In this document: in pieces, positions 52,521 through 64,000 of the stretch
Numbering within the stretch: the first letter of the stretch is position 1
How the letters are laid out: every line of letters starts with the position of its first letter
From: Antedon mediterranea
Taxonomy: Eukaryota > Animalia > Echinodermata
DNA: 64,000 nt
Assembly (NCBI RefSeq): GCF_964355755.1
Contig: NC_092680.1
Location: 1,736,001 to 1,800,000 of the forward strand
Direction: 5' to 3'
The notes under the pieces: generated by a model
Told to the model about the DNA's origin: nothing
The model's input: only the letters and a program-made list of their open reading frames with translations
Databases searched by the model: none
Position numbers and translations under genes: made by a program

Positions 52521-54098
52521 TTCAGGCTCTTTTTAAATGTAGTTTGATACGAGGTATAGGATTGTAGGATCATTTGAGTCATCATTTTCATGACAACCTT
52601 TGACCTTTAACATAACAGGCATACCTTGTTAATAATTCCACCAAAGAGTTATAATTTTATAAGAGTGTTAATATAGGATATTTACCATTGCTACCATCCT
52701 TTACTCAAATATAATCCCACCTGATAACTTAGCATAAATTCAGGAAAATCTATTTATATGCCATCGTAATCCTGGCCCTAAATTTCATCATGCGTATGGT
52801 ATGAACACATTTTACTGTGTACGTCTGCTGGCATGTGTTCCTTAGCAAGTGCATGTTCCTATTTAAAACTTCGGTTGACTTTGAGATGTACTGGTATTTG
52901 ATCTTCATCAATCGACTCATTTATTTTTATAGATGTATCTGTATGTATATAATTCTAAGTTTTTACCAAAGTACTTAAGTATTTTAAACAATGTAATGCA
53001 TAATTATTTATATTTTACCCTTTTTATTATGGTTTTGTAAATTTTAAATACGAAAATGAATTCTTTTATGGTTTTTTTTACAGTATAATGAAATTCATAT
53101 TTTAATAAACAGGTTAATTTATCACTGGAATCTAAAACTGCTGTAATAAAATTGGTGATTTTGTAAAATAAAAATGAAATGTGAGAAAGAAGATTATTTT
53201 GTATTTGTCGAAATCATATTACTGTGTTTGAAACAATTAACATCCCGTAAGTGTAAGGTTCTCGTTACTGTACCTATATTTTGTGTACAGTGTCATACCG
53301 TAGACACTGACCTTAAAAATGTATTGTCCCCCATGAACATTTTTTTTGGTTGAATATGCCAATTTAATGTCACATAATAGTTATCCACTTTGAAAAAAAA
53401 TTGAATTGAAAAAAAAAAATTATTTACCTGAAAAAAACTCTAATTCATAGCAAAAATAGCCAATTTTTTTTTTACGGAAGGGATTAACTTTATTGAAACT
53501 ACACAATAACCTATTTAAAGTCTGATTTAATTAATCTTAATTTTTCATGTTTTTGGGGGACAATACATCTCTAACATAATACATGTTATACTGTATTACA
53601 CCATTTGCCTGATTCTAGACCTAATAATTGCATATTATGTGGTATACACAGAACTGGAAAAAGTTTCTGGTTACGAAAAACGTTGACTTTAAGAGAAATT
53701 TGGCCAGTTGGACGAATAAACCTTGTAGTACACTTTGAGAAAGCCAACTGATAGCTGGTGAAACGTCAGGTAAATAAAATAATCATTATTTACTATTACT
53801 ATTACAGTTGAGATATAATTAACTATTATATTTTACTTGTAGTACAAGGTGACTTAATTTTCTAGATATTGTAATTTATCTAGCTTACAATGATTAAATT
53901 GTTTAAAATATGTTTGTTCAGTACATACTCTATTCCATGGACACCAGGATTTCAAAAGAGGGCTTGAAATTACAAAATATTCCCTCCAAGCCTCTACACC
54001 CCCTCCAAACAAACAAAAAAGTATCACAGAAAGTTTTAGCTATGAAAGAACATATGTTTATTTGAAAAAAAAAGAAATAGAGATATAGAGAAATAATG

Positions 54099-56350
54099 CT
54101 AGTCTATATTTATGACCTCATCAGTACAGCTTGATTTTAAATTAATGTAATTTTCTACAATACAATCATCATCATCTGCAATGTTGAACTTTGTCTGTTT
54201 TTCTGCTTCATCCATTATCTCAATAAGATCCTCATCTAGCTCTTTACTGCTTGTCTCCTTATTTGTTTTACCTTCTTGGCTTAGCTGGTTTTGTTCATCT
54301 ATTATTTCTATAATGTCCTCATCCACTTTTTGACTGCCATTCTCCCTCTCTTTTGTTTTACCTTCTTGGGTTAGCTGATTTTGTTCATCTATTATTTCTA
54401 TAATGTCCTCATCCACTTTTTGACTGCCATTCTCCCTCTCTTTTGTTTTAGGTTCCTGGCTTAGCTGATTTTGTTCATCTATTATTTCTATAATGTCCTC
54501 ATCTATCTGTTGACTCCCATTCTCCCTCTCTGTTGTTTTACCTTCTTGGCTTAGTTGGTTCTGTTCAGCTCTTTCCTGTGCCATTCTTGCAGCTTTTCGT
54601 CTAACTGCAAGATTTCTTTTCTCCTCAATTCGTTTCAATTGTTCGGCAGTCAAAGTATTCTAAATTCAAGAGAGACATTAATTAATAATATTAAAGAAGT
54701 ATATACAGTAGTACCAACTGGTTAGTTGGTACTAAAAATAAAAACGAACCACAAGGGCGTCGGTTCAGGAGAACCAACAACGACCATCCACCAAAACCCT
54801 GCTAGCCTGGAGAGGAGATAGGCACCACTGGGAGATGGCTTATGACTGTGTATTGTATCATGATGAGTACTACTACTGTATCTCATCTGACACGCCCCTA
54901 CGATCCTCTAGATCATGGGACAACTAGAACTAGATATACAGTACAACAGGGTTCACAACAGTTTTTTAGTATGTGCCTGATTGTATTTTACGCATTTTCA
55001 ACTTACACTAGTAGATTGAGGTGTAGAAGGCGTCTGAGGAATATTCATAGGTTGGTGATTAGTCTGGGAGTCAGCAAATAATTCATCAAATTCATCCTGA
55101 GCTGGTATAACAGGTGTACTTATAGGTTTAGCCACCAGCTTATCTGCAAACAAGTCATCAAAATTCCACTCATCCTTCTCTGGCGTCTTTTCTCCTGATG
55201 GAGCGTTGCTGTCTTCAACAGTTTCCATGTTCTGAACAGGTTCATCGTCATCAAGAAGCGGTATATCCAATCGGATTTTCTTTACGCAAACCTGTACTGG
55301 TTTCTTGGATCCTAGTTTTTCGATTCTTGCTATGACCTCATCAAAGGTCATCCGAGGGCACAGTCGGTGAGTCCAATGCTCCATTCGATGCATTAATAGG
55401 TTCAAATCATCTTTTTCGTAACCTTTCCCCTTAAATTTGACATGTTCCATGTGTTTTACCAATGTTGGTAATCCGCGTTCACCAGACAATCTACAAGAAC
55501 AAATTGTAGTACACACAAAATTGAATTAATTAACTGCAGAAGCAGATGCAAAAGATAGGACATTAAATTAAGCTTAGCCCTTCATTTCACCATTTTTAGG
55601 CCCTGGGCCCTCTTATTTCAAAATCCTAGATCCACCACTGAACTGGGTTTAGCAAACAATACTTGACTTGAATTGTGGTGGTACCAATATTGGTGAGGTA
55701 GTATTACCTTGCTGGGTCAAGTTTTGGTTGAGGATTTCGAACAACTCTCTTGGCACGGACTTGTGTTTGTTTTGCTCCAGTGTTAGCAGCATGAGCATCA
55801 AGAATAGCTCCAATATCACCCTCTGGAAAAAAATACCAATAAAGAACAACAAATACTAAAACAATCACATTGTCAATATCATAAAATGCACACCATTATT
55901 GTATTGCACTGTACATTTTAACAAAAAGAACAACAAAATGGGAGAAATACTCATTTACTGCCTGGAATTTAAGTTCTTGTACAGGTTTAACATACTTTTT
56001 TGCACTGAGTGACAGTGGGCATATGGACTAAATCTCTGTCTAAACACTATCAAACTTTATGTGACAAAAAAATGTAATGTCCCATATATGGACATGATGA
56101 TGTCATATCACTACTATGTGTGTATATCACTAACATATTTGGGTACATGACACTTTTTTGTCACACTAGTTTGTAGACAGAGCTTATGAGTTGGTGAATA
56201 TTCAATTTTAAAACCTTCTGTAGGGTCCTGTGTTCCTGATCCAATATCTATATCCAATGTTGGCAACTCTTGTGGTTCAGGTGGAATGTCATCATCTGTT
56301 CCGGCATACTCATCATCATTGTTTGCTGAATGGTCAGACAAATGTTCCAT
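54099..56350 (-). CDS. TIPIN: TIMELESS-interacting protein (Swi3/Csm3 family), 4 coding exons
   Basis: Exons 56350-56215, 55822-55708, 55490-55007, 54659-54099. Swi3 domain PKLDPARLSGERGLP..FKGKGYEKDDL..MEHWTHRLCP..LGSKKPVQVCVKKIRLD; C-terminal LTAEQLKRIEEKRNLA motif; 5'UTR exon near 56930-57050. Confidence 0.95.
54200..54567 (-). repeat. 90-bp (30-aa) coding tandem repeat, ~4 copies, in the TIPIN last exon
   Basis: EQNQLSQEGKT.ERENGSQ..DEDIIEIID repeated in ORF 54099-54653. Confidence 0.95.
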
Positions 56351-57042
56351 AATTAATGAAATCACTGCAATAAAAAAAAAAAGAAATAGTAACTCAGTAG
56401 ATGAACACATTATTAATTCCAGGTCCTTACTTATTAGGCTACTACATACATGCCAGTCCATACATGTGATTATGGAAATTGTTTGTAAAATTAAAAATCA
56501 TTCTTGCTTATTTTGTCGTCAAAATAACTGTAATAAATGTGTTTTAACTAGGCTAGACTAGGAATCAACATGTCCAACCTGTACAATTAGAAGATTTATG
56601 GTATGCCTACTACTAGGTATTCGTTGAGCCTAGCTAGTCACAGTGTAGTCATGATGGAGACTCCATGGTGTAGTAGGCCTCGCTAGGGCCAGACCAGGCC
56701 CTCTACTATATAGCTATCTATCCAGCTTGTGTAGTAGTAGGCCTAGCCTAGTCTACTCTAGGGCCAGGCTGAATACCCTCTAGCTAGTAGGCTAGCCTAG
56801 CTAGTCTGTACTGTGTCTGTGAGAGGCCTCTAGCTAGGTAGCTAGCCTAGCCTTTATTGCTGCTTGATGAGAGTCGGTGGGCCATTTATATAATGTCATT
56901 AATCATTGTGAGTTACAGTTATACTTCCTGACCTACCAGACCTACCAGACCTACCAAAATGCTATACTTTACAAGATATATCTTAACAAGATATATCTTC
57001 TTGGTTTCTTGTCACTTTTGTTTACTAAACGATCAAAACAAA

Positions 57043-57056
57043 ATTTCGCGCGAAAT
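57043..57056. promoter_or_regulatory. Palindromic E2F site at the TIPIN 5' end
   Basis: ATTTCGCGCGAAAT contains TTTCGCGC on both strands; fits an S-phase gene. Confidence 0.7.
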
Positions 57057-57974
57057 CAAAATCCAACCAAGCGGAACAGAAAAATGTGTATGCAACGCCA
57101 AGAGTGCATTTATATTATTCCTGTTTACAATCAGATTCATAACTTCCATGTGGCAACAGTTCCATAATTCTTACCATTTTCAAAAGCGGTTCTTGTTAAT
57201 ATCATTATAAATATTGCTTAAAAAAAGATTGAACAAGAATGAATGCAATATTACAAAATGGTCACGTGCTCATATTTCTTGAAACGTGATGAATATTCGA
57301 AGGCAGTGAATTAATTACATAATATTGTTAAAATAAGTACAAACAAACACAGACAAGTTTCAACATTTTATTATAAACCAACCAATATTAACATTTCAGA
57401 ATTGAGTTAAAATATCACATAAAGGGCAACAATCTGTGACACGTATACAGTATAGGCTAGGCCTACTAAGGTTTATCGCAGATAGCATGCGCGGTGTATT
57501 GGGGGAATTGAAAACATCACGACGCGTACGACGTACGTAGTTTGTTGTTTGTACGTACGCGCCGTGACGTTTGCTCCCAAACCATTCCCATCATGCATTG
57601 TATTGTACAATGACGTTCCTCGCGTATACAAATCTCTAGCAAAAGTAGTCAAAATATGTGTAGACCTATTATATGAATAATTTACATTAATAATCAAAAG
57701 TTATACTATTACACGGCAAACACTGGCGTTGAGTTTCACGAACGTATTTATTAAACTATAACAAAACACCTGAATGTCTGTATTTAGTTTTGATTTCAAA
57801 AGCACGTGACCGGTTTAAATGTAGGCCTATAATCTAGAACCCTTCCTCTTATTAGGGGCACCCATATTGGACACATTGTAATGAAACGAACGAAGTACAA
57901 TTATGTTGTAACACTACAACCAACCCTTATTCGGAAGATTTATAGGGTTTCCAAGATGTCCTCTTATTTTTAAA

Positions 57975-58037
57975 GGGGATAAGGAGGGGGAGGGAGGGGG
58001 AGGGAGAGGGAGGGAGAAGGGAGAGGGAGGGAGAAGG
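57975..58037. repeat. Polypurine GGGA-rich tract
   Basis: About 60 nt of almost pure G/A with repeated GGG runs. Confidence 0.85.
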
Positions 58038-58216
58038 TTCTACTGTACTGCGATCCGTATAATTATTTTAAACATATGATGTTTTACGCCACCACCGAAC
58101 TATATGCTTAAATCAAGGAGCAATCTAAACTACCAAGTATCTATTTAAATATAATGCCACTATAGCCTAGCGTTGCTGCGTTGTATCTGTGTATGCTATC
58201 ATTTTAAGCACTCTTC

Positions 58217-61200
58217 TTAATACCCGGCCGGCTTTCCTCCTTTCCTTGAGTCAGAATACGCCTCAATACCATTTTCGTCTTGTAGAATAGCCTGAACAAC
58301 CGCAAATGACCCACTTTCTGCCAATATTTGATCCATATTTTCCAATCCTTCCACAATCGTCTGTTAATTATATAATGTATATTATAATAATGTACCATAA
58401 TTATTAATAAACACGGTTTATAGTATTTTGTTTATTATAATTAAGGCTTGGTTCTCACTATGACGCAACGCAGATACGTAAACGCAATGTAAGCAATTTA
58501 ACCAATCACAAGCGATGGGTTATCCGAACTATCGCTTTGTGATTGTTCAACTCGCTTGAGTTGCGCTTACGTCATTTTACCAATCACGGCGCGATTTCCA
58601 CCCGAAATGTCGCTTGTGATTGGTCAACTCACTCGCGTTGCGCCTACAATGTTCAAATCGGAACCAAGCTTTTATTAAGAAATGTATATTCAAACTTCGA
58701 ATACCTCTGAAAGACCTGCATCGTATTTCCCTATATTTGGGAAAAGTTGGTTGTGAATTCGTCGATATTCAATCAGGTCTTTTAAAGAAGAGTCTGTGGC
58801 AACAGCACCAAGCGTGATCTACAGAAAACCATTATACATTATTATTCGTTAATTATGTCAAAAATGTATTTATATATTATTTAACCAGGGTTGACTTTGG
58901 TAAAGCAGTAGTACGGTGGACGTACCAACATTACTTCGAATGCGCACGGTGTTTTGTACGACGAGACACGTCGATGACAGGACAGGAAAACAGTATCGAT
59001 ACCTACCCAAGCATTTGCTGTTATAATTTGTTTTCCTCCAGATGATCCGACAACTAGCCTAACATCACCATTTTTATCCAACACTATGCTCCCGCTCATG
59101 GACGATAACGGATATTTATTTGGCCCAGGATAGTTGGCTTCATTCGATGGTTGAAACTCGGCCTCAGAATTAGGAATTGAAAAATCCGCCATTAAGTTAT
59201 TGTATATAATGCCTGTACTTTCCGACATGATCTTAGACCCAAAACTACAGGAAGAAAGACAAGCAAAATGGTTTAATCTGAAGCGAAATATCGACTATTC
59301 CTTATGCAAAAAATAAAACAAATTTCTTTTTAGTGGCTGCATGCTTTTGGCATGCTTAATGCGTGGTTCCCACTAGAGACACAACACAATGACATAACGC
59401 AACGTAAGTGAGTTTACCAATCACAAGCGATGGATTATTCGAACTGTCGCTTGCGTTGCGTTTACGGCCTTGCGTTTATGTCCTTGCGTTGTATCCTAGT
59501 GGGAACCAAGCTTAAATGCCTGCCACATTATACTTTCCCGACTGCTGCTTCCCGGCTAGTCCTGTTTGATATTAATTAACTAAGATTCAGTTATAAACTT
59601 ACTAATAGTTTACGGAGGTTGTCACCGAAACAGCGTCTCCATTTTCAGCGAGAACGTTCAAATGACTTGTTCCTCCTATGTCGTCTGTTGCGTCAACTTC
59701 TCCATTACTATAGTAACTTGAGTTAGTGTAAGTTACCGTATTGTCTTTTATTGTATCCCGGATCTCACGCGCAAATTCCTCAGACGTCAGATTATTTAAC
59801 GCCTTGAGGAAGAAGAAAGATGTCAGGAAGAAAAAAGAAATGGATAAATTATTATACAATCAATACCTAAGCTCGATTGGACAATACGACAGAGAGGTTA
59901 ATTAGACGTTCGATTCGAGACGACTTATGAATGTTTGTCGTTGGCAGCCCGCCTAGTTCTCGAATCCGCCTAGTTCTCGAATCCGCCCAATTTGTGTCGA
60001 AGAATCGAGTAAAGAAGCAATTTCCCGCATATCAATCATGCGCATAAAGTTTGGTTCCCACACTTGCGACGCAACGTAACACAACCTACGCAACATAAGC
60101 AAATGCCCGTCTAATAATTGTGTTCCTTCCCCCGCCTGTCGTGAAATCAAACCTGCCTACTGCAGTACCTAGCCTATATTAATGCTGTATAACAAAAGGT
60201 AATGTTGATATTACAAACGTATAGTAAACGTACCTGGCGAACTTGGGGCGTGTCAACATCTCCAAGATATGATCTTAAACCGAATGCAAATTTACAAGTT
60301 TCAATAAAATGGTGAAACGTCTTCACTTTTCCCTCGTCACTTGATACATCAATATCGTAACCTAAAAAGTTAATTTAGTGTTTTGAAATGTTTGTAATGA
60401 CCCTAGCCTAGCATGTGATAGGGTATAACAAACACAAAGTGCGCCAGTGTTGTGTGCAAACTTTTAGGAATTGTACAATCATACTAGATCCTATAAAATG
60501 CGTTGGAAAAAAAATAATACACTTACAGATTTTATAATATGAATGAGAGTGACCATGAGTCATATTTAAAGTTGAACGATGTATCCAATAGTTTAACGTT
60601 TCGCAAAGTCACACAAGTGCTTCAATAACACAAAACCCATGCCAGAACTTTGGCCTACAACCCTTGATAATACTTTTTCGTCAGTGAGTTTGCTTAAAGC
60701 TCTGTCTACACTATTAAACTTCATGTGACAAAAAAATGTGATGTACCCATATATTGGCACGATGATGTCATATCACCACTATATTTGGGCATATCACTAC
60801 TATATTTGGGAACATCACATTTTTGTTGTTACATAAAGTTTGATAGTGTAGACAGAGCTTGAGCTATGTATCAGAAAACATGCCTACCTTTCATTACATT
60901 GATAATAAACTGATATACCGGTCCCCCAGACGGTAGGCTAGGTGAAGCGACCATGTTCCCCATGAAAAGTGTAGTAATGACGTCAGACCACTGGACCGTG
61001 TAGTTTAGCAAGTCATCCTTCGTCAAAGTCCCATCTGTTGTGCAGATTAATAATATAATAATGAACGAGGCATATTAGCATAATAATGATAATTAATATT
61101 ATTATCATTATTATGTGAATAAATGTGTGGTATTATCTATATGGTAGGATTGCTTTAAAATTCAACATAAGGCCACGTTTCTGATTAGGGCCTACATCAG

Positions 61201-63890
61201 ATCTACAATCAAAATTATATGAGAATATGACGAGGCGAAAAAAGTAATATTATTAATAAATATCATAATATTTTATTCTCTATCCGACAGTTCACTTTTG
61301 AGAGCATTATCACTGTTTATTATGGGCATGACCAAATTTATCGTAAATTATTAACTGATGTAAAATCTGTCGTCTTATTAAAACAATTACTCACTAAAAT
61401 TGGTTATATCTTCAATCATCATATCAGCTGTAGTTCCATTATAGAACTCAGTCCAGCCGTTGTCAGCAATACGTTGTAGCGTGTCGGCAAACTTGCTACG
61501 GATTACGATGTCGCCTTCTACTTTTGGTATGGTTCCATTGTCTTTGAAATACACATTCCTCCAAGCCCTGTTATCAGAGATAGTATTTATATAAGATAAA
61601 CTGGGAATATATACATAGCAGATAAAGCAAATGGACGGTAAAGCTTGGTTCCCACTAGGACGTAACGCAAGGACCGTCCAAATAATCCATCGCTTGTGAT
61701 TGGTCAACTCACTTACGTTGCGTTACATCCTTGTGTTGTGTCTCAAGTTGGAACCAAACATTATCATCACAAATAGTATGTAAAGTAAATGCGAGACCCG
61801 TGTTCATTCTAAACGTAGGAATGAGTTGTTTATGAGTACATTGTACTAACCCTCGGCATTAAGTGGTAAGGTGGTCTGTTCCTTTCCACGCCGCCTTATC
61901 CGTCCTAATATTTTCAACCACGTACTCTCATTTACAACTGAGTGTGGACTGGGAGTTGTCGGGAATTGAACACGGGTCTCTATGTATAACAGTCAAGTGT
62001 TCTAACATTACAAATTACAATTCCCAAAAAAACTCAAAATCTGTTGAAGTCGTTATTAAGAATAACTTACTTCATGTTGGGTCCGTCTCCGCTTCTAACT
62101 AGTACCTTTAATGCGTTTTCGCTGTGCTTTGACAGACGAAATCCTTTGCGTGCCAACTCGATAACCGGTTCAAACAGTCTCTTCCAGGAAAGTTTGCCAT
62201 ACTTCTGGTGAGCTTCCCACATCCCTTTTAATTCTCCAGGCGTCGCAATGGCTAACCCACCTACGGAATATAAGTTAAACCAAGTTCACAATGTGTGTCG
62301 AGAAAGGTTGAATTACATGCTTTACTTTCATGAAGCGTGGATTCCACTTGTGATTATTCGATACAGCACTTTTATTTGCGTCAATACGTACGTCGCTGCG
62401 TTGCGTTCTAGTGGGAACCACACTTAAAGCTTGGTTTCCACTATGACGCAACGCAAGGACGTAAACGCAACGCAAACGTGTTGACAATGACAAGCGACAG
62501 TCGAATAATCCATCGCTTGAGATTGGTCAAATCCCTTACGTTGCGTTACGTCCTTGCGATGCGTTTCTAGTGGGAACCAAGCTTTAACCAACCAAGAGAT
62601 GACTGACCACGTCCTCTGTCCCGAGACACAACTTGACGGATCATACAAATGGTTCTATGGCGTGGCGAGAACTTGTCAGACTGTACTGATAATGTAATGA
62701 GGAAGGGCACGTCATACTGTACACTAGGCCTACCTATATATTACGTACGGTAGGCCTACTCTTAGTAGGCCTACAAGGCACCTCCAACAAAGAGCATATC
62801 GTTTCTACGGTCTAGTACGAGTTAATAAGCCTATACTTCTTAAGGGTTTTTCACACCTGTTCCGGCACGGCGAAACGTACATCAATGTTTCGTTTTCACG
62901 ACGCTCCACGCCGCTATGCACTAATCGATATGCGTGTAGCCGCGTGAAGCCGCGTGAAAACGAAACATTAACGTTCAATTTGATTTTCCGGCGCCGGATT
63001 GGAACCGTGCCGGAACACAGGTGTGAAAAACCCTTTATACGAATAATGTTATCGCCATAATTATGATCTTACCAATCTTGATCGTATCAGGATGTGCATT
63101 GAACATGTCTTGTGTAGTAGCTGCAGGTGAAGTTTCTCTCGCATTTATGAACTCAACTTTCTTTGCACTCCTATCATAAATCAGTAAAAACGCGCCGCCT
63201 CCAATTCCAGATGATTGGCCGTGGACTAATCCTATGCACAGCAATGACGTTATTGCAGAATCCACTGCAGAACCACCTTCCTCTAGTATAGAGCTATGTT
63301 GTGAAAAAAGGGTAAAAAAAGAGAAAGAGTGAATGAATTTCACTCAATATAGGAGTGAGAAAAGAGTGAAATCAACTCTTTTTCTAGATTGACTACCAAT
63401 CCGCAATTAAAAGAGTTATCATTCAATCTCTAAAAGCGTGAATTTTTCAGTATAGAGATTATAGGATGTTGTATCAGTGTCTGAAAGCACATTTCGCAGA
63501 AGTTGGCATCATTGTGAACGTCCCAACAAACTCTGTAAGAAGTTTGGTAGCCACCAAGATCCCATAGGGTACTCTAAAGTGGCGAAATTAGTTACGATGT
63601 TGATAGTGTTGACAGAGCTTTACGCAATAAAAAAACGCCAGCGGCGCTTAGCAAAATAAATAAAGTTACAATAGTGGATAACATTCGTTTTTGTAGATTA
63701 CCTTCCCATTTGTGAACACTCAGCAATATCGGTAGCAACTGCAGCCTTGCTGAACTGACGACGGGGTTGTGGATCGTCGTCGTCGTCATGTCGGTCGATC
63801 AGCGTGACGCACAACACGACGGCAAAGATGATCAGGCATAGTAAAATAATACAAATGATAGCAGTAATCTTTCGTGACTTGTCACGCTCT
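58217..63890 (-). CDS. GGT1: Gamma-glutamyltransferase / glutathione hydrolase 1-like proenzyme, 5'-partial (start exon outside window)
   Basis: Exons 63890-63702 (TM anchor, AAVATD), 63293-63073 (GGSAVD, SSGIGGG, INARE), 62260-62071, 61567-61395, 61034-60888, 60361-60234, 59802-59603 (catalytic G-TSH), 59244-59007 (PLSSM, GSSGG), 58818-58705, 58360-58217 (SDSRKGGKPAGY*). Family is secure; exact orthology to GGT1 is not. Confidence 0.92.
61840..62012 (-). mobile_element. tRNA-derived SINE fragment in a GGT intron
   Basis: Minus strand B-box-like GTGTTCAATTCCC followed by CACTCAGTTGTAAATGAGAGTAC, resembling a SINE central domain. Confidence 0.5.
62843..63034. mobile_element. MITE family 4
   Basis: TIR AGGGTTTTTCACACCTGT-TCCGGCACGG with TTA duplicated on both sides. 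Confidence 0.9.
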
Positions 63891-64000
63891 CTGAAAAATA
63901 AATGAAACCACAGGATGAGATCTACTGTATTATTAGCAGGGGCGTAACGCAGATGCCTGATGCCCCTGGTTTAGGAAGTGGCCCTCCAACGCTGGAGGCT

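Overview
AT-rich animal (probably marine invertebrate; inferred) genomic window with two very different halves. Bases 1-24330 are a tandem array. Its main ~102-bp monomer, read on the minus strand, is a complete splice unit: polypyrimidine tract-CAG | 41-nt exon | GTAAG ~61-nt intron. About 170 such units (estimated from block lengths) are interrupted by spacer blocks that carry a second, sequence-unrelated 41-nt exon and ~155-bp repeats with CAG|GTATGT junctions. The array is arranged as an ~11.2-11.7-kb tandem duplication and is preceded by unique candidate leader exons and a CCAAT-box promoter at ~24.3-25.75 kb. It looks like a non-coding Pol II gene built almost entirely from micro-exon/mini-intron repeats; this is the most novel candidate here and transcription is unproven. 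The right half holds a 24-exon DIS3L gene (+) with an antisense, single-coding-exon coiled-coil/RING gene nested in intron 6, TIPIN (-, tail-to-tail with DIS3L as in human), a 5'-incomplete gamma-glutamyltransferase (-), and many TAA/TTA-target MITEs, tRNA-derived SINE fragments and a Helentron-like element. All coordinates were read by eye and no alignments or searches were run.
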